From assembly GCA_002269645.1 (NCBI GenBank), contig NIVC01001291.1, positions 62,001 through 126,000 of the forward strand: 64,000 nt of DNA. Reading direction: 5' to 3'. Made by a program: the position numbers and the translations under genes. The notes beneath the pieces are model-generated. The model did no database searches. It saw nothing but the letters and a program-made list of their open reading frames with translations, and was not told where the DNA came from. Shown piece after piece: positions 35,410 through 58,169 of the stretch. Each line of letters begins with the position of its first letter. Positions within the stretch are counted from its first letter, which is position 1. This DNA comes from Macrostomum lignano. Lineage: Eukaryota.

Positions 35410-36478
35410 CCGTAATCCCATCTCATAATCTCATATATCATCACTCTCATACTTAATTAGTCTCACATCTCATCAGTCTCATATCTCATCTATATCACAT
35501 CTCATCAGCCACATATCTCATCAGTCTCACATCTCATCTATATCACATCTCATCAGTCTCACATCTCATCAGCCTCATATCTCATCAGTCTCACATCTCA
35601 TCTATATCACATCTCATCAGTCTCACATCTCATCAGCCTCATATCTCATCAGTCTCACATCTCATCTATATCACATCTCATCAGTCTCACATCTCATCAG
35701 CCTCATATCTCATCAGTCTCACATCTCATCTATATCACATCTCCTCAGTCTCACATCTCATCAGTATCACATCTCATCAGTCTCACATCTCATCAGCCTC
35801 ATATCTCATCAGTCTCACATCTCATCTATATCTCATCTCATCAGCCTCATATCTTATCAGTCTCACATCTCATCAGCCTCATATCTCATCAGTCTCACAT
35901 CTCATCTATATCACATCTCATCAGTCTCACATCTCATCAGCCTCATATCTCATCAGTCTCACATCTCATCTATATCACATCTCCTCAGTCTCACATCTCA
36001 TCAGTATCACATCTCATCAGTCTCACATCTTATCAGTATCACATCTCATCAGTCTCACATCTCATCAGCCTCATATCTCATCAGTCTCACATCTCATCTA
36101 TATCTCATCTCATCAGCCTCATATCTTATCAGTCTCACATCTCATCTATATCACATCTCATCAGTCTCACATCTCATCAGTCTCATATCTCATCAGTCTC
36201 ACATCTCATCTATATCACATCTCCTCAGTCTCACATCTCATCTATATCACATCTCATCAGTCTCACATCTCATCAGCCTCATATCTCATCAGTCTCACAT
36301 CTCATCTATATCACATCTCCTCAGTCTCACATCTCATCAGTCTCACATCTCATCAGCCTCATATCTCATCAGTCTCACATCTCATCTATATCTCATCTCA
36401 TCAGCCTCATATCTCATCAGTCTCAAATCTCATCAGTCTCACATCTCATCAGTCTCATATCTCATCAGTCTCATATCA
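35410..36478. repeat. 16-bp minisatellite (AGTCTCACATCTCATC) with A-B-A-C 64-bp higher-order pattern
   Basis: Variants AGTCTCAC, TATATCAC and AGCCTCAT alternate regularly from about 35520. Confidence 0.93.
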
Positions 36479-36937
36479 GATCATGCCTCAAGTATAAATT
36501 GAGAGGCATTCAGACCACAGCGCAACAGATCAAAATATTTTCCCAATGCCCATGCAGGCCGAATTCGTGTCCGAAAAAAATCTTTTTAAACGAACGAATC
36601 GCTCCGGGGGCCGGACAGGCAAATTAAATTAGACTTCGAGCCCTTCGTATCGGCCATTGGGCCACTTAGACTGCCGGCAGCTGCTGGGGGAAGGGGGAGG
36701 CAGTCAGGCCTTGGGGAAGGCCACTTCTGGGATTGCAGCGGCAAACGGCCGAATTGCTCCATCACTGGGCAGCTGGACTTTGGTTTGGGATAAAGGTTCA
36801 TCTGTGGCCGACCTCGCTGATGAATAGAAACATTGAGGAGCTGATTTTTCCCAAGAGAAGTGCAGATGTTCTGAAAAAATTATTATTAAAGTAACACCAC
36901 AACAATACCTGAGCGTCATTATAAAAATAGAAATCAA

Positions 36938-38684
36938 TTCACAAGCATCAGACTCACATCTCAAACCTGTTCACAAGCATCAGACTCACATCTCAAACCT
37001 GTTGACAAGCATCAGACTCACATCTCAAATCAGTTCACAAGCATCAGACTCACATCTCAAACCTGTTCACAAGCATCAGACTCACATCTCAAACCAGTTC
37101 ACAAGCATCAGACTCACATCTCAAACCTGTTCACAAGCATCAGACTCACATCTCAAACCTGTTCACAAGCATCAGACTCACATCTCAAACCTGTTCACAA
37201 GCATCAGACTCACATCTCAAACCAGTTCACAAGCATCAGACTCACATCTCAAACCTGTTCACAAGCATCAGACTCACATCTCAAACCTGTTCACAAGCAT
37301 CAGACTCACATCTCAAACCTGTTCACAAGCATCAGACTCACATCTCAAACCTGTTCACAAGCATCAGACTCACATCTCAAACCTGTTCACAAGCATCAGA
37401 CTCACATCTCAAACCTGTTCACAAGCATCAGACTCACATCTCAAACCAGTTCACAAGCATCAGACTCACATCTCAAACCAGTTCACAAGCATCAGACTCA
37501 CATCTCAAACCAGTTCACAAGCATCAGACTCACATCTCAAACCAGATCACAAGCATCAGACTCACATCTCAAACCTGTTCACAAGCATCAGACTCACATC
37601 TCAAACCAGTTCACAAGCATCAGACTCACATCTCAAACCAGTTCACAAGCATCAGACTCACATCTCAAACCAGATCACAAGCATCAGACTCACATCTCAA
37701 ACCAGTTCACAAGCATCAGACTCACATCTCAAACCAGTTCACAAGCATCAGACTCACATCTCAAACCAGATCACAAGCATCAGACTCACATCTCAAACCA
37801 GATCACAAGCATCAGACTCACATCTCAAACCAGTTCACAAGCATCAGACTCACATCTCAAACCAGTTCACAAGCATCAGACTCACATCTCAAACCAGTTC
37901 ACAAGCATCAGACTCACATCTCAAACCTGTTCACAAGCATCAGACTCACATCTCAAACCTGTTCACAAGCATCAGACTCACATCTCAAACCAGTTCACAA
38001 GCATCAGACTCACATCTCAAACCAGATCACAAGCATCAGACTCACATCTCAAACCAGTTCACAAGCATCAGACTCACATCTCAAACCAGATCACAAGCAT
38101 CAGACTCACATCTCAAATCAGTTCACAAGCATCAGACTCACATCTCAAACCAGTTCACAAGCATCAGACTCACATCTCAAACCAGTTCACAAGCATCAGA
38201 CTCACATCTCAAACCAGTTCACAAGCATCAGACTCACATCTCAAACCAGTTCACAAGCATCAGACTCACATCTCAAACCAGTTCACAAGCATCAGACTCA
38301 CATCTCAAACCAGTTCACAAGCATCAGACTCACATCTCAAACCTGTTCACAAGCATCAGACTCACATCTCAAACCAGTTCACAAGCATCAGACTCACATC
38401 TCAAACCAGTTCACAAGCATCAGACTCACATCTCAAACCAGTTCACAAGCATCAGACTCACATCTCAAACCAGTTCACAAGCATCAGACTCACATCTCAA
38501 ACCAGTTCACAAGCATCAGACTCACATCTCAAACCTGTTCACAAGCATCAGACTCACATCTCAAACCAGTTCACAAGCATCAGACTCACATCTCAAACCA
38601 GTTCACAAGCATCAGACTCACATCTCAAACCAGTTCACAAGCATCAGACTCACATCTCAAACCAGTTCACAAGCATCAGACTCA
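36938..38684. repeat. 32-bp minisatellite (CACAAGCATCAGACTCACATCTCAAACCAGTT)n
   Basis: About 54 copies; source of the 566-aa pseudo-ORF. Confidence 0.96.
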
Positions 38685-39297
38685 ATACTCATAATTGCAT
38701 GAAGCTTTCCGCATTAAAAAATGTCTCCATCATCCAGCTCTCCATCGTCTCGCTCACTAAAAAGCCGGAACCCAGAACGCATCCCCGGTAGCAAAGCGGT
38801 GGTGAAGCTTGCTGTCGTGTTTGTCCCATCCTACCCTGTGCTGCGGCCCCGCCCTTTCGAACGTAGCGCAGCTCTTCTCAAGCTTGCTCAGCTCAAATTC
38901 CCCAGTTGCCGTGCTCAGCTCACGGATGCAGGGACGAGCTGGCGAATGCCGCTCAGTCAGGCAGGCAGGCGGGGGGCAACAGCGAGGTTGAGTGAAAATC
39001 GGTTGCGATAGTCAGCCAGTGAGCTTCTCAACGGGAGAGGCAATGCAATGAAAATAAGTCAGAGGAAAAATCTTAACTGCCTTTGAAGAAAATGTAAAAA
39101 CGTAAGAAGCAAATGGCTGCATGGCGTAGCGAGTCAGACTTCAAAGAGGATTTATGATCCTGAGCGCTCATTAGTTTTCATTGAGTAGTGCCGCTTTTTT
39201 ATTGAGATTTGTTGGGGAAGTTTCCCGTTTCAATGGGAATAATGATTAAAATTGAAGTCTGCGTTGGGGACAGAGGTAGAAAATAGAAAATGTAGTA

Positions 39298-39468
39298 AGA
39301 GAGGTAGGGAGATGAAGAGAGATAATGGGAGAGAGGTAGGGAGATGAAGGGAGACAGGTAAGAAGATGAAGGGAGAAAGGTATTGAGATGAAGGGACAAT
39401 AATTAGAGAGAATGGAGGGATAGCGGCAAGGAGATGAAGGGAGAGAGGTAGGGAGATGAAGGGAGAGC
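39298..39468. repeat. Degenerate purine-rich repeat (GAGAGGTAGGGAGATGAAGG)
   Basis: A few imperfect copies. Confidence 0.7.
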
Positions 39469-40473
39469 GATGGGGGTGTGGCAGAGCAGGCAAAACGGCA
39501 TATTACTGTGACCAAATTCGCAGCTTAACTTTGTCAAACTCGTCCCAATACCCCGAGTTGCTGCTAGCAAAGCAAAGTCCTCTAGAAGAGTCACCGCCCA
39601 AGAAATCAAAGAAGCAATTCAAAACTCTCTGCTCCGGTTTCCATAGCTCTTGGGGGGGAGTGGCTATTGTCGTCAGTCTCAGGTCAAACACTGCGTGTGA
39701 ATCGCAATCAAATCTTTGAATAGCTTTTCGCCTTCACATGTTAAGCCCCCCTCCCCAGACACAGCAATTGTTCTTCCGTATTCCGAGTGTCCAAATCCCA
39801 TTTCAATCTGAGCGTTTGTTCTGTAGCAGAAATTCTCCGGCAACAGATGTAACTTTTGGGGGAGGGGAGCACTGCAAACCCTTCTGATCCTGGGGAATTA
39901 CTAAGGCAGAGCACTCGCCATTTCATTCGGGTCTCATTCTGTTGCTAGGGGGAAATTCGTGTTGAAATCTCCGTTGGCTTTGCTTTCCCTGTCAGCGCAA
40001 TTTAAATCAAACTGTCTGTCTGCCTTGGGTAGGGCGAAAGCAGATTTTCTCACATTGAAAGCCAATGATTTACAACTGTTTTCCACCGCTGCAACCCGCT
40101 CTTGAGAGTCTCAGTTCTGTTTTAGATAGATAGATAGATAGATAGATAGAATAGACAGTCAGACAGATTGCAGCAGCAGTAAGCAGTGGGATAACGGGCT
40201 CCAGTAAAAGCTACTGGATAATCTCGATGAGAGGCGGCCTGATTTGATGGGATTTCCGGCCTGTCAGCCGCTCAAATACCTCTGACTGGCTTAAGGGATT
40301 TTCAACGTTATTCACGCCACTAGGTCTGTCTGTCTGGAATGGACCTCTCTGTCAGATTTGACCTCGAAGAAGTTTCTTAGCTGAGCAGTTTTGGAAATTT
40401 TGCATACTCCCGTCTGGAAGCGCAGTCAGTCACGATTTTTAATCTTGTCGTCAGTTTTAACCCCACCACTGCC

Positions 40474-42470
40474 GTCTCTAATCACGACGCTCACTCATCA
40501 CTGGCATCTCTAATCACCCCGCTCACTCATCACTGGCATCTCTAATCACCCCGCTCACTCATCACTGGCATCTCTAATCACCCCGCTCACTCATCACTGG
40601 CATCTCTAATCACCCCGCTCACTCATCACTGGCATCTCTAATCACCCCGCTTACTCATCACTGGCATCTCTAATCACCCCGCTTACTCATCACTGGCATC
40701 TCTAATCACCCCGCTCACTCATCACTGGCATCTCTAATCACCCCGCTCACTCATCACTAACATCTCTAATCACCCCGCTCACTCATCACTGGCATCTCTA
40801 ATCACCCCGCTCACTCATCACTGGCATCTCTAATCACCCGCTCACTCATCACTGGCATCTCTAATCACCCCGCTTACTCATCACTGGCATCTCTAATCAC
40901 CCCGCTCACTCATCACTGGCATCTCTAATCACCCCGCTCACTCATCACTGGCATCTCTAATCACCCCGCTCACTCATCACTGGCATCTCTAATCACCCGC
41001 TTACTCATCACTGGCATCTCTAATCACCCCGCTCACTCATCACTGGCATCTCTAATCACCCCGCTCACTCATCACTGGCATCTCTAATCACCCGCTCACT
41101 CATCACTGGCATCTCTAATCACCCCGCTCACTCATCACTGGCATCTCTAATCACCCGCTCACTCATCACTGGCATCTCTAATCACCCCGCTCACTCATCA
41201 CTGGCATCTCTAATCACCCCGCTTACTCATCACTGGCATCTCTAATCACCCCGCTCACTCATCACTGGCATCTCTAATCACCCCGCTCACTCATCACTGG
41301 CATCTCTAATCACCCCGCTTACTCATCACTGGCATCTCTAATCACCCCGCTCACTCATCACTGGCATCTCTAATCACCCCGCTCACTCATCACTGGCATC
41401 TCTAATCACCCCGCTTACTCATCACTGGCATCTCTAATCACCCCGCTCACTCATCACTGGCATCTCTAATCACCCCGCTCACTCATCACTGGCATCTCTA
41501 ATCACCCCGCTTACTCATCACTGGCATCTCTAATCACCCCGCTTACTCATCACTGGCATCTCTAATCACCCCGCTCACTCATCACTGGCATCTCTAATCA
41601 CCCCGCTCACTCATCACTGGCATCTCTAATCACCCCGCTCACTCATCACTGGCATCTCTAATCACCCCGCTCACTCATCACTGGCATCTCTAATCACCCG
41701 CTTACTCATCACTGGCATCTCTAATCACCCCGCTCACTCATCACTGGCATCTCTAATCACCCGCTCACTCATCACTGGCATCTCTAATCACCCCGCTCAC
41801 TCATCACTGGCATCTCTAATCACCCCGCTTACTCATCACTGGCATCTCTAATCACCCCGCTCACTCATCACTGGCATCTCTAATCACCCCGCTCACTCAT
41901 CACTGGCATCTCTAATCACCCCGCTTACTCATCACTGGCATCTCTAATCACCCCGCTCACTCATCACTGGCATCTCTAATCACCCAGCTGACTCATCACT
42001 GGCATCTCTAATCACCCCGCTTACTCATCACTGGCATCTCTAATCACCCCGCTCACTCATCACTGGCATCTCTAATCACCCGCTCACTCATCACTGGCAT
42101 CTCTAATCACCCCGCTCACTCATCACTGGCATCTCTAATCACCCAGCTTACTCATCACTGGCATCTCTAATCACCCCGCTCACTCATCACTGGCATCTCT
42201 AATCACCCCGCTTACTCATCACTGGCATCTCTAATCACCCGCTCACTCATCACTGGCATCTCTAATCACCCCGCTCACTCATCACTGGCATCTCTAATCA
42301 CCCCGCTTACTCATCACTGGCATCTCTAATCACCCGCTCACTCATCACTGGCATCTCTAATCACCCCGCTCACTCATCACTGGCATCTCTAATCACCCCG
42401 CTCACTCATCACTGGCATCTCTAATCACCCGCTCACTCATCACTGGCATCTCTAATCACCCCGCTCACTC
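40474..42470. repeat. 31-32-bp minisatellite (CTGGCATCTCTAATCACCCCGCTCACTCATCA)n ending at the GPCR acceptor
   Basis: About 62 copies; ends about 13 nt before CAG at 42481-42483. Confidence 0.96.
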
Positions 42471-42498
42471 TCCCGCCCTCCAGTGAACTCAACAGCAG

Positions 42499-51935
<9,437 letters not shown>

Positions 51936-52014
51936 GCAGTCAAGCTGTGGCGACAATTTGAACAAATGAATGTACTTTTAATGAAACCCTAACGGCAACG
52001 ATTTCCTGGTAGAA

Positions 52015-52550
52015 ACTGTCAACAGGTAGCCCGGGTCACCTGCTGGTAGGCCTTGTCAACAGGTAAACTCCGGTCAACAGGTAGATCCTGTTAACAGGTA
52101 GCCCAGGTCACCTGGTAGGCCTTGTCAACAGTCAAACCCTGTCAACAGGTAGCCCAGGTCACCTGGTAGGCCTTGTCAACAGTCAAACCCTGTCAACAGG
52201 TAGACCCTGTCAACAGGTAGACCCTGTCAACAGGTAGACCCTGTCAACAGGTAGACCCTGTCAATAGGTAGACGCTGTCAACAGGTAGACGCTGTCAACA
52301 GGTAGACCCTGTCAACAGGTAGACCCTGTCAACAGGTAGACCCTGTCAACAGGTAGACCCTGTCAACAGGTAGACCCTGTCAACAGGTAGACCCTGTCAA
52401 TAGGTAGACGCTGTCAACAGGTAGACCCTGTCAACAAGTAGACCCTGTCAACAGGTAGACCCTGTCAATAGGTAGACCCTGTCAATAGGTAGACCCTGTC
52501 AATAGGTAGACCCTGTCAATAGGTAGACCCTAGACCCTGTCAACAGGTAG
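52015..52550. repeat. 17-bp minisatellite (GTAGACCCTGTCAACAG)n downstream of the GPCR stop
   Basis: Degenerate lead-in, then about 20 regular copies. Confidence 0.93.
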
Positions 52551-53252
52551 AGGGCAAAGAACAAGTAAACTATGCACTTCGAAATCAAAATCCAGTCTTT
52601 TCATATCCGCATAGTTTCCAAGGACTGCTAAATTAAACTTTAAATAGTCCCGGTTCCCATCCAGACGGCACTGGGTTTGGGGCTAGCTAGCTAAACCAGT
52701 TAAGTGTAAACAAACGAGCAAATACTCTATTCTTACTACTTGTACATATCAGCGTGAAAATGCTCTCTATAAAACGCTTGAACTTCTAAAAAATTGAAAT
52801 GTGTTTATTTTTAAGCGGAAATATTTTAGTTCACTGGCGTATAGTTTCTTTCTTGGAAAGGCACGATCTTATTGTCCAGAGTTGATGTTCGTCGCTCTTC
52901 TTGTTTAGTGAAGCCCCTTATTCATACTCGTCCAGCAAGGGCTTATTTTTCCTTGTCAGTAGTACAATTTCGTGTCTGTGAAGAACTATTTTGCCAGCGC
53001 GATGATACTACTCATAGTAGGTTTCTATTAACTAATGTGTTTTTGTCGAGTTCCCTTATGCATCGATATCAATCTGACAATTCCTATGTACTTTATTGGT
53101 GTCATATTACTACATCAATGTAATGATAGTGATCGGTTTATAAAGATCACAGTTTAAGTAGATGGATTTGTTTTTAGAAAATTCGACACTGCTAAGATGG
53201 GGAAAATTAATGTAAAACATCAAACTATAGCTGACATTATTTGATCGGAGGA

Positions 53253-53808
53253 TCATGTGCTGGAGATGTCACAGGGTGCTCTATCATGTGCTGGAGATGT
53301 CACAGGGTGCCCTATCATGTGCTGGAGATGTAACAGGGTGCCCTATCATGTGCTGGAGATGTAACAGGGTGCCCTATCATGTGCTGGAGCTGTCACATGG
53401 TGCCCTATCATGTGCTGGAGATGTCACAGGGTGCTCTATCATGTGCTGGAGATGTAACAGGGTGCCCTATCATGTGCTGGAGATGTAACAGGGTGCCCTA
53501 TCATGTGCTGGAGCTGTCACATGGTGCCCTATCATGTGCTGGAGATGTCACAGGGTGCTCTATCATGTGCTGGAGATGTAACAGGGTGCCCTATCATGTG
53601 CTGGAGATGTAACAGGGTGCCCTAGCATGTGCTGGAGATGTCACAGGGTGCCTTATCATGTGCTGGAGATGTCACAGGGTGCCCTATCATGTGCGGGAGC
53701 TGTCACAGGGTGCCCTATCATGTGCGGGAGCTGTCACAGGGTGCCCTAGCATGTGCGGGAGCTGTCACAGGGTGCCCTATCATGTGCGGGAGCTGTCACA
53801 GGGTGCGG
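53253..53808. repeat. 31-bp minisatellite (CTATCATGTGCTGGAGATGTCACAGGGTGCC)n
   Basis: About 18 copies. Confidence 0.94.
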
Positions 53809-53842
53809 GAATACACGAATACACTAAGAGTACAAAAGTGTC

Positions 53843-53854
53843 AATAAATTTATT
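53843..53854. terminator. Palindromic polyadenylation signal AATAAATTTATT (AATAAA on both strands)
   Basis: The minus-strand AATAAA lies 35 nt after the rhodanese stop; the plus-strand copy faces the convergent GPCR. Confidence 0.55.
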
Positions 53855-53888
53855 AGCCAAAAGCCAGAGCCCAGCGCCGTCTCAAGGC

Positions 53889-54254
53889 TCAGTCCTTGTA
53901 GGCCTTGGCGGGATCGGCCTGCTGGCTCTTCCAGTCGCTGAAGCTACCGCTGTAAACTCCCACATTGGTGAAGTTCAGCTTGGCCAGAGCATCGGCAGCC
54001 ATGCCAGCCCTCTTGCCAGCCATGCAGGAGGTGATAATCTGATCGCCCGCTTTCGGCTTGTCTCCATGGTAACGAGCTTTGAACTTGGAGTCCGGCAGTT
54101 GCATCGCCTCGGCGACCTCGCTGTGCGGCACGTGGATGTACTTCGGGTACCGGCCGTGGGTGTCCAGCTCCTCCTGGGTGCGAACGTCCAGCAGGCAGCC
54201 GCTGTTTGTCTTCAGCATCTTCACCACCTCATCGTAGCTCACTGGCTTGGCCAT
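53889..54254 (-). CDS. Single-domain rhodanese/thiosulfate sulfurtransferase-like protein (121 aa, intronless CDS)
   Basis: LLDVRT.EE...G, IHVP, active-site loop SCMAGKRA, YSGSF.DW; TSTD1/TSTD3-like architecture. Confidence 0.92.
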   Translation of the reverse strand: MAKPVSYDEVVKMLKTNSGCLLDVRTQEELDTHGRYPKYIHVPHSEVAEAMQLPDSKFKARYHGDKPKAGDQIITSCMAGKRAGMAADALAKLNFTNVGVYSGSFSDWKSQQADPAKAYKD

Positions 54255-54544
54255 GGCTTAGCAAAATATACGTAACTGTTGCCGCAGCAGTCGGTTAAGA
54301 AGGCTGGAATTCACCGCGGGTTTTGTTAAACAACTAACTATTTCTGCTTTTGTCTGTCAGCATCTTGATGCTGTCACTGAGAAGAGGGGAAATAAGGATA
54401 GACAGTTTGGCTAAGAGAATAGTTGGCATACTCGTACTTCAGTTTCTATGGGCCAGGCAAGGGGGGGGGCTTTAGAACTACAAACTCACGAGCCAGCAAC
54501 AGCTTAGCAGTTCCGCTTTTCCTGATGGCTTCTTCTTCTGCTAC

Positions 54545-55101
54545 ATCTCCCCTCCTCCATCCCATCCCCTTCCCCTCCTCCATCCCCTCCCCTCCTCCAT
54601 CCCATCCCCTTCCCCTCCTCCATCCCATCCCCTTCCCTCCTCCATCCCCTCCCCTCCTCCCCTCCTCCATCTCCTCCCCCTTCCCCTCCTCCATCTCCTC
54701 CCCTCTTCCCCTCCTCCATCCCCTCCTCTCCTCGCCTCCTCCATCCCCTCCCCTCCTCCCCTCCTCCATCCCATCCCCTCCCCTCCTCCCCTCCTCCATC
54801 CCCTCCCCTCCTCCCCTCCTCCATCCCCTCCCCTCCTCCCCTCCTCCATCCCCTCCCCTCCTCCCCTCCTCCATCCCATCCCCTCCCTCCTCCCCTCCTC
54901 CATCCCCTCCCCTCCTCCCCTCCTCCATCCCCTCCCCTCCTCCCCTCCTCCATTTCCTCCCCTCCTCCCCTCCTCCATCCCCTCCCCTCCTCCCTCCTCC
55001 ATCCCCTCCCCTCCTCCCCTCCTCCATCCCCTCCCCTCCTCCCCTCCTCCATTTCCTCCCCTCTTCCCCTCCTCCATCCCCTCCTCTCCTCGCCTCCTCC
55101 A
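54545..55101. repeat. C/T-only low-complexity array (CCTCCTCCATCCCCTCC variants)
   Basis: Directly visible; the Pro/Ser- and Gly/Glu-rich ORFs are artefacts of it. Confidence 0.93.
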
Positions 55102-56169
55102 TCTCTGTCTTCCATTTCTACTTGCATGCAACTCCTCGGCATCTGCTCCTACTCATATCCGACAGGAGCTCGGTGACTGCCAAAGTGGATGCCGTTAATT
55201 AATCTGCTTGAAAAACGAATGGAACACTGCGCCATTTGAGCTATTCGACTCAATCAGTTTCCGACTTCCCAATTAATGATTGTCAATATAAATAATGCTT
55301 ACTGGATGAATATCATTGAAATACATTTTCTATCCTTGCCTATCCATCACTGACAAGTGGGAGCCGGTGCGCTTCATCTCTGCCAGAATCATTCCCAGCC
55401 TCCGCTGTTGCAGATATGCTAATCAGGCCCGGTTTTCCAATTAGCTAAACAGGATTCTAAACTCAAAGCATCCATCGATAATCGGTCATTTTTATGACCA
55501 TCTCAGCCGTGGCTGGGAAATACCAGTATGATAAATCCGCTTTGAAAATCTGCTTGCTCGCCTGACCGAGGGTTTGGGAAAAAGAGAGAAATGATAGAAA
55601 ATTTGCATATCATTTATCATTTAATCATATTTTAGGCTTTGAAATAATAAACAAATAAAATTCAGATCCTCTTGCAACTCACCCGAAGTTATTTAGCCGC
55701 TAACTAATTCCGTCAGGCGGTTGGGAAATCACTTGAGCCGAGAAAGCAAGATATTCAGCTTTTATCAGTCTCTCTCTGTGTCTCTGACTAAGCAAATCTC
55801 TCACTGTACTCCCATATGCACACTGCAGGTCCGCAGTTTGGGGCTGATGAGGGGTAAGGATTGTAGGGTTGGCCTGCGTCACAGTTACAGCGTGTACAAG
55901 TGTACACTCAACTGCTTTCCAGTTTAAACCTGCCTGTCTGTCTGGTTCTGCGGCAAATCTGGTGTGAAATTCCTAAATGCCCTTCACTTCTTATCGCTAA
56001 TGCGAGCACGCAGTATGGCATGCTTAGCCTCTTGAGATATGTTACAGAAAATTTCGGCTAAGGGGGGTAATTGCTTGGTTACCAAGAGTACTGTAATACA
56101 ATTTGTTCTTTGAGAAAGCGACAAGAAAAAAACAGTTTTTCTATGAACACTATAGCAGAATAGAAATTA

Positions 56170-57170
56170 GTTGGATTGCTAAACTATCCAGGTATGGGTT
56201 AATATATCGAATGGATTGCTAATCTATCCAGGTATTGATTAATATATCGAATGGATTGCTAATCTATCCAGGTATTGATTAATATATCGAATGGATCGCT
56301 AATCTATCCAGGTATTGATTAATATATATCAAATGGATTGCTAATCTATCCAGGTATGGGTTAATATATCGAATGGATTGCTAATCTATCCAGGTATTGA
56401 TTAATATATATCAAATGGATTGCTAATATATCCAGGTATGGGTTAATATATCGAATGGACTGCTAATCTATCCAGGTATGGGTTAATATATATCAAATGG
56501 ATTGCTAATCTATCCAGGTATGGGTTAATATATCGAATGGATTGCTAATCTATCCAGGTATTGATTAATATATATCAAATGGATTGCTAATCTATCCAGG
56601 TATGGGTTAATATATCGAATGGACTGCTAATCTATCCAGGTATGGGTTAATATATATCAAATGGATTGCTAATCTATCCAGGTATGGGTTAATATATATC
56701 AAATGGATTGCTAATCTATCCAGGTATTGGTTAATATATATCAAATGGATTGCTAATCTATCCAGGTATTGATTAATATATATCAAATGGATTGCTAATC
56801 TATCCAGGTATGGGTTAATATATCGAATGGATTGCTAATCTATCCAGGTATTGATTAATATATATCAAATGGATTGCTAATCTATCCAGGTATGGGTTAA
56901 TATATCGAATGGATTGCTAATCTATCCAGGTATTGATTAATATATATCAAATGGATTGCTAATCTATCCAGGTATTGATTAATATATATCGAATGGATTG
57001 CTAATCTATCCAGGTATGGGTTAATATATCGAATGGATTGCTAATCTATCCAGGTATTGATTAATATATCGAATGGATCGCTAACCTATCCAGGTATGGG
57101 TTAATATATCGAATGGATTGCTAATCTATCCAGGTATTGATTAATATATCGAATGGATTGTTAATCTAGC
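56170..57170. repeat. 40-42-bp minisatellite (GTATGGGTTAATATATCGAATGGATTGCTAATCTATCCAG)n
   Basis: About 24 copies with GTATGGG/GTATTGA variants. Confidence 0.95.
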
Positions 57171-57568
57171 CATGTATGGAACAAAATATCGAATGGATTG
57201 CAAATCTCGCCAACGCGAATGAGGGAATCAAATGGATTGCTAATCTAGCTAACAAAATTTATCGACCCTGTCGCCATAATTTACTGCGGGTGCATAACTC
57301 TGACCATGAATTTGTTGACCTTGAAGTGGTAAATAATAATAATAATAATGTTAAAATGTTAAAAATTGATGAACTTTTTTATATCAAAACAAAATTGTTC
57401 TGGAGTTTCATCGAATTTTTGTGCTCGAAAACAGTGTTGATCCGCTACTTGCAGTAGTATAATCGGTTTTTACTGCTTTTAATTTGGTGTTGAAAATTTC
57501 TACATGTGGGGTTCACAAAATCATCGATTAGTAACTTAACTTACGCTATAAAGAGGCATGCAAAGTAT

Positions 57569-57768
57569 TCTTAGAATATCAGCTTGTTGCTTAGAATATC
57601 AGCTTGTTGCTTAGAATATCAGCTTGTTGCTTAGAATATCAGCTTGTTGCTTAGAATATCAGCTTGTTGCTTAGAATATCAGCTTGTTGCTTAGAATATC
57701 AGCTTGTTGCTTAGAATATCAGCTTGTTGCTTAGAATATCAGCTTGTTGCTTAGAATATCAGCTTGTT
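57569..57768. repeat. 20-bp minisatellite (TTAGAATATCAGCTTGTTGC)n
   Basis: 10 identical copies. Confidence 0.96.
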
Positions 57769-58169
57769 TTTCAAGTGTCATGTTTTTCTTTTAGAATGTG
57801 AAGAGTGTTATTTGAGCTTCGGATTGTTTTCCAAGTTTTCAGATTGTTTCATAGAATGCCCTGTTTTTTTCTTTTTGTTATTAATTTTCTTCGAATGCAT
57901 TATTCTCAAAAATTCTATGATGCTTCTTTAAACGTCAGATTGCCTCAACTTTTCAAATTGCATTGTATGTTAGAATGTGAATTCATTTTTGGAATTCATT
58001 TGTCATTTTTCGAACAATGCAAAATTCAAGGACTACTTAAATGACATATATATAGGACGCAACACTCGAAATCTATGGTAAATGTTTTGAATTGTCTTAG
58101 AACATCACATTCGCACTTTTTCTAAGGATTTAAGATTGTACGCTCGTATCTATAAAATGGCGATGCTTT

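Noticed and set aside
35460-36478. CTGATGAG hammerhead-core motif on the minus strand of the 16-mer array
   Set aside because: No stem II or GAAA element follows; the motif is just part of the unit.
37002-38702. 566-aa ORF
   Set aside because: 32-bp satellite cycling through frames; no domain.
40474-42470. GTGATGA C-box consensus in every unit (minus strand)
   Set aside because: No D box or guide; a coincidence of the unit sequence.
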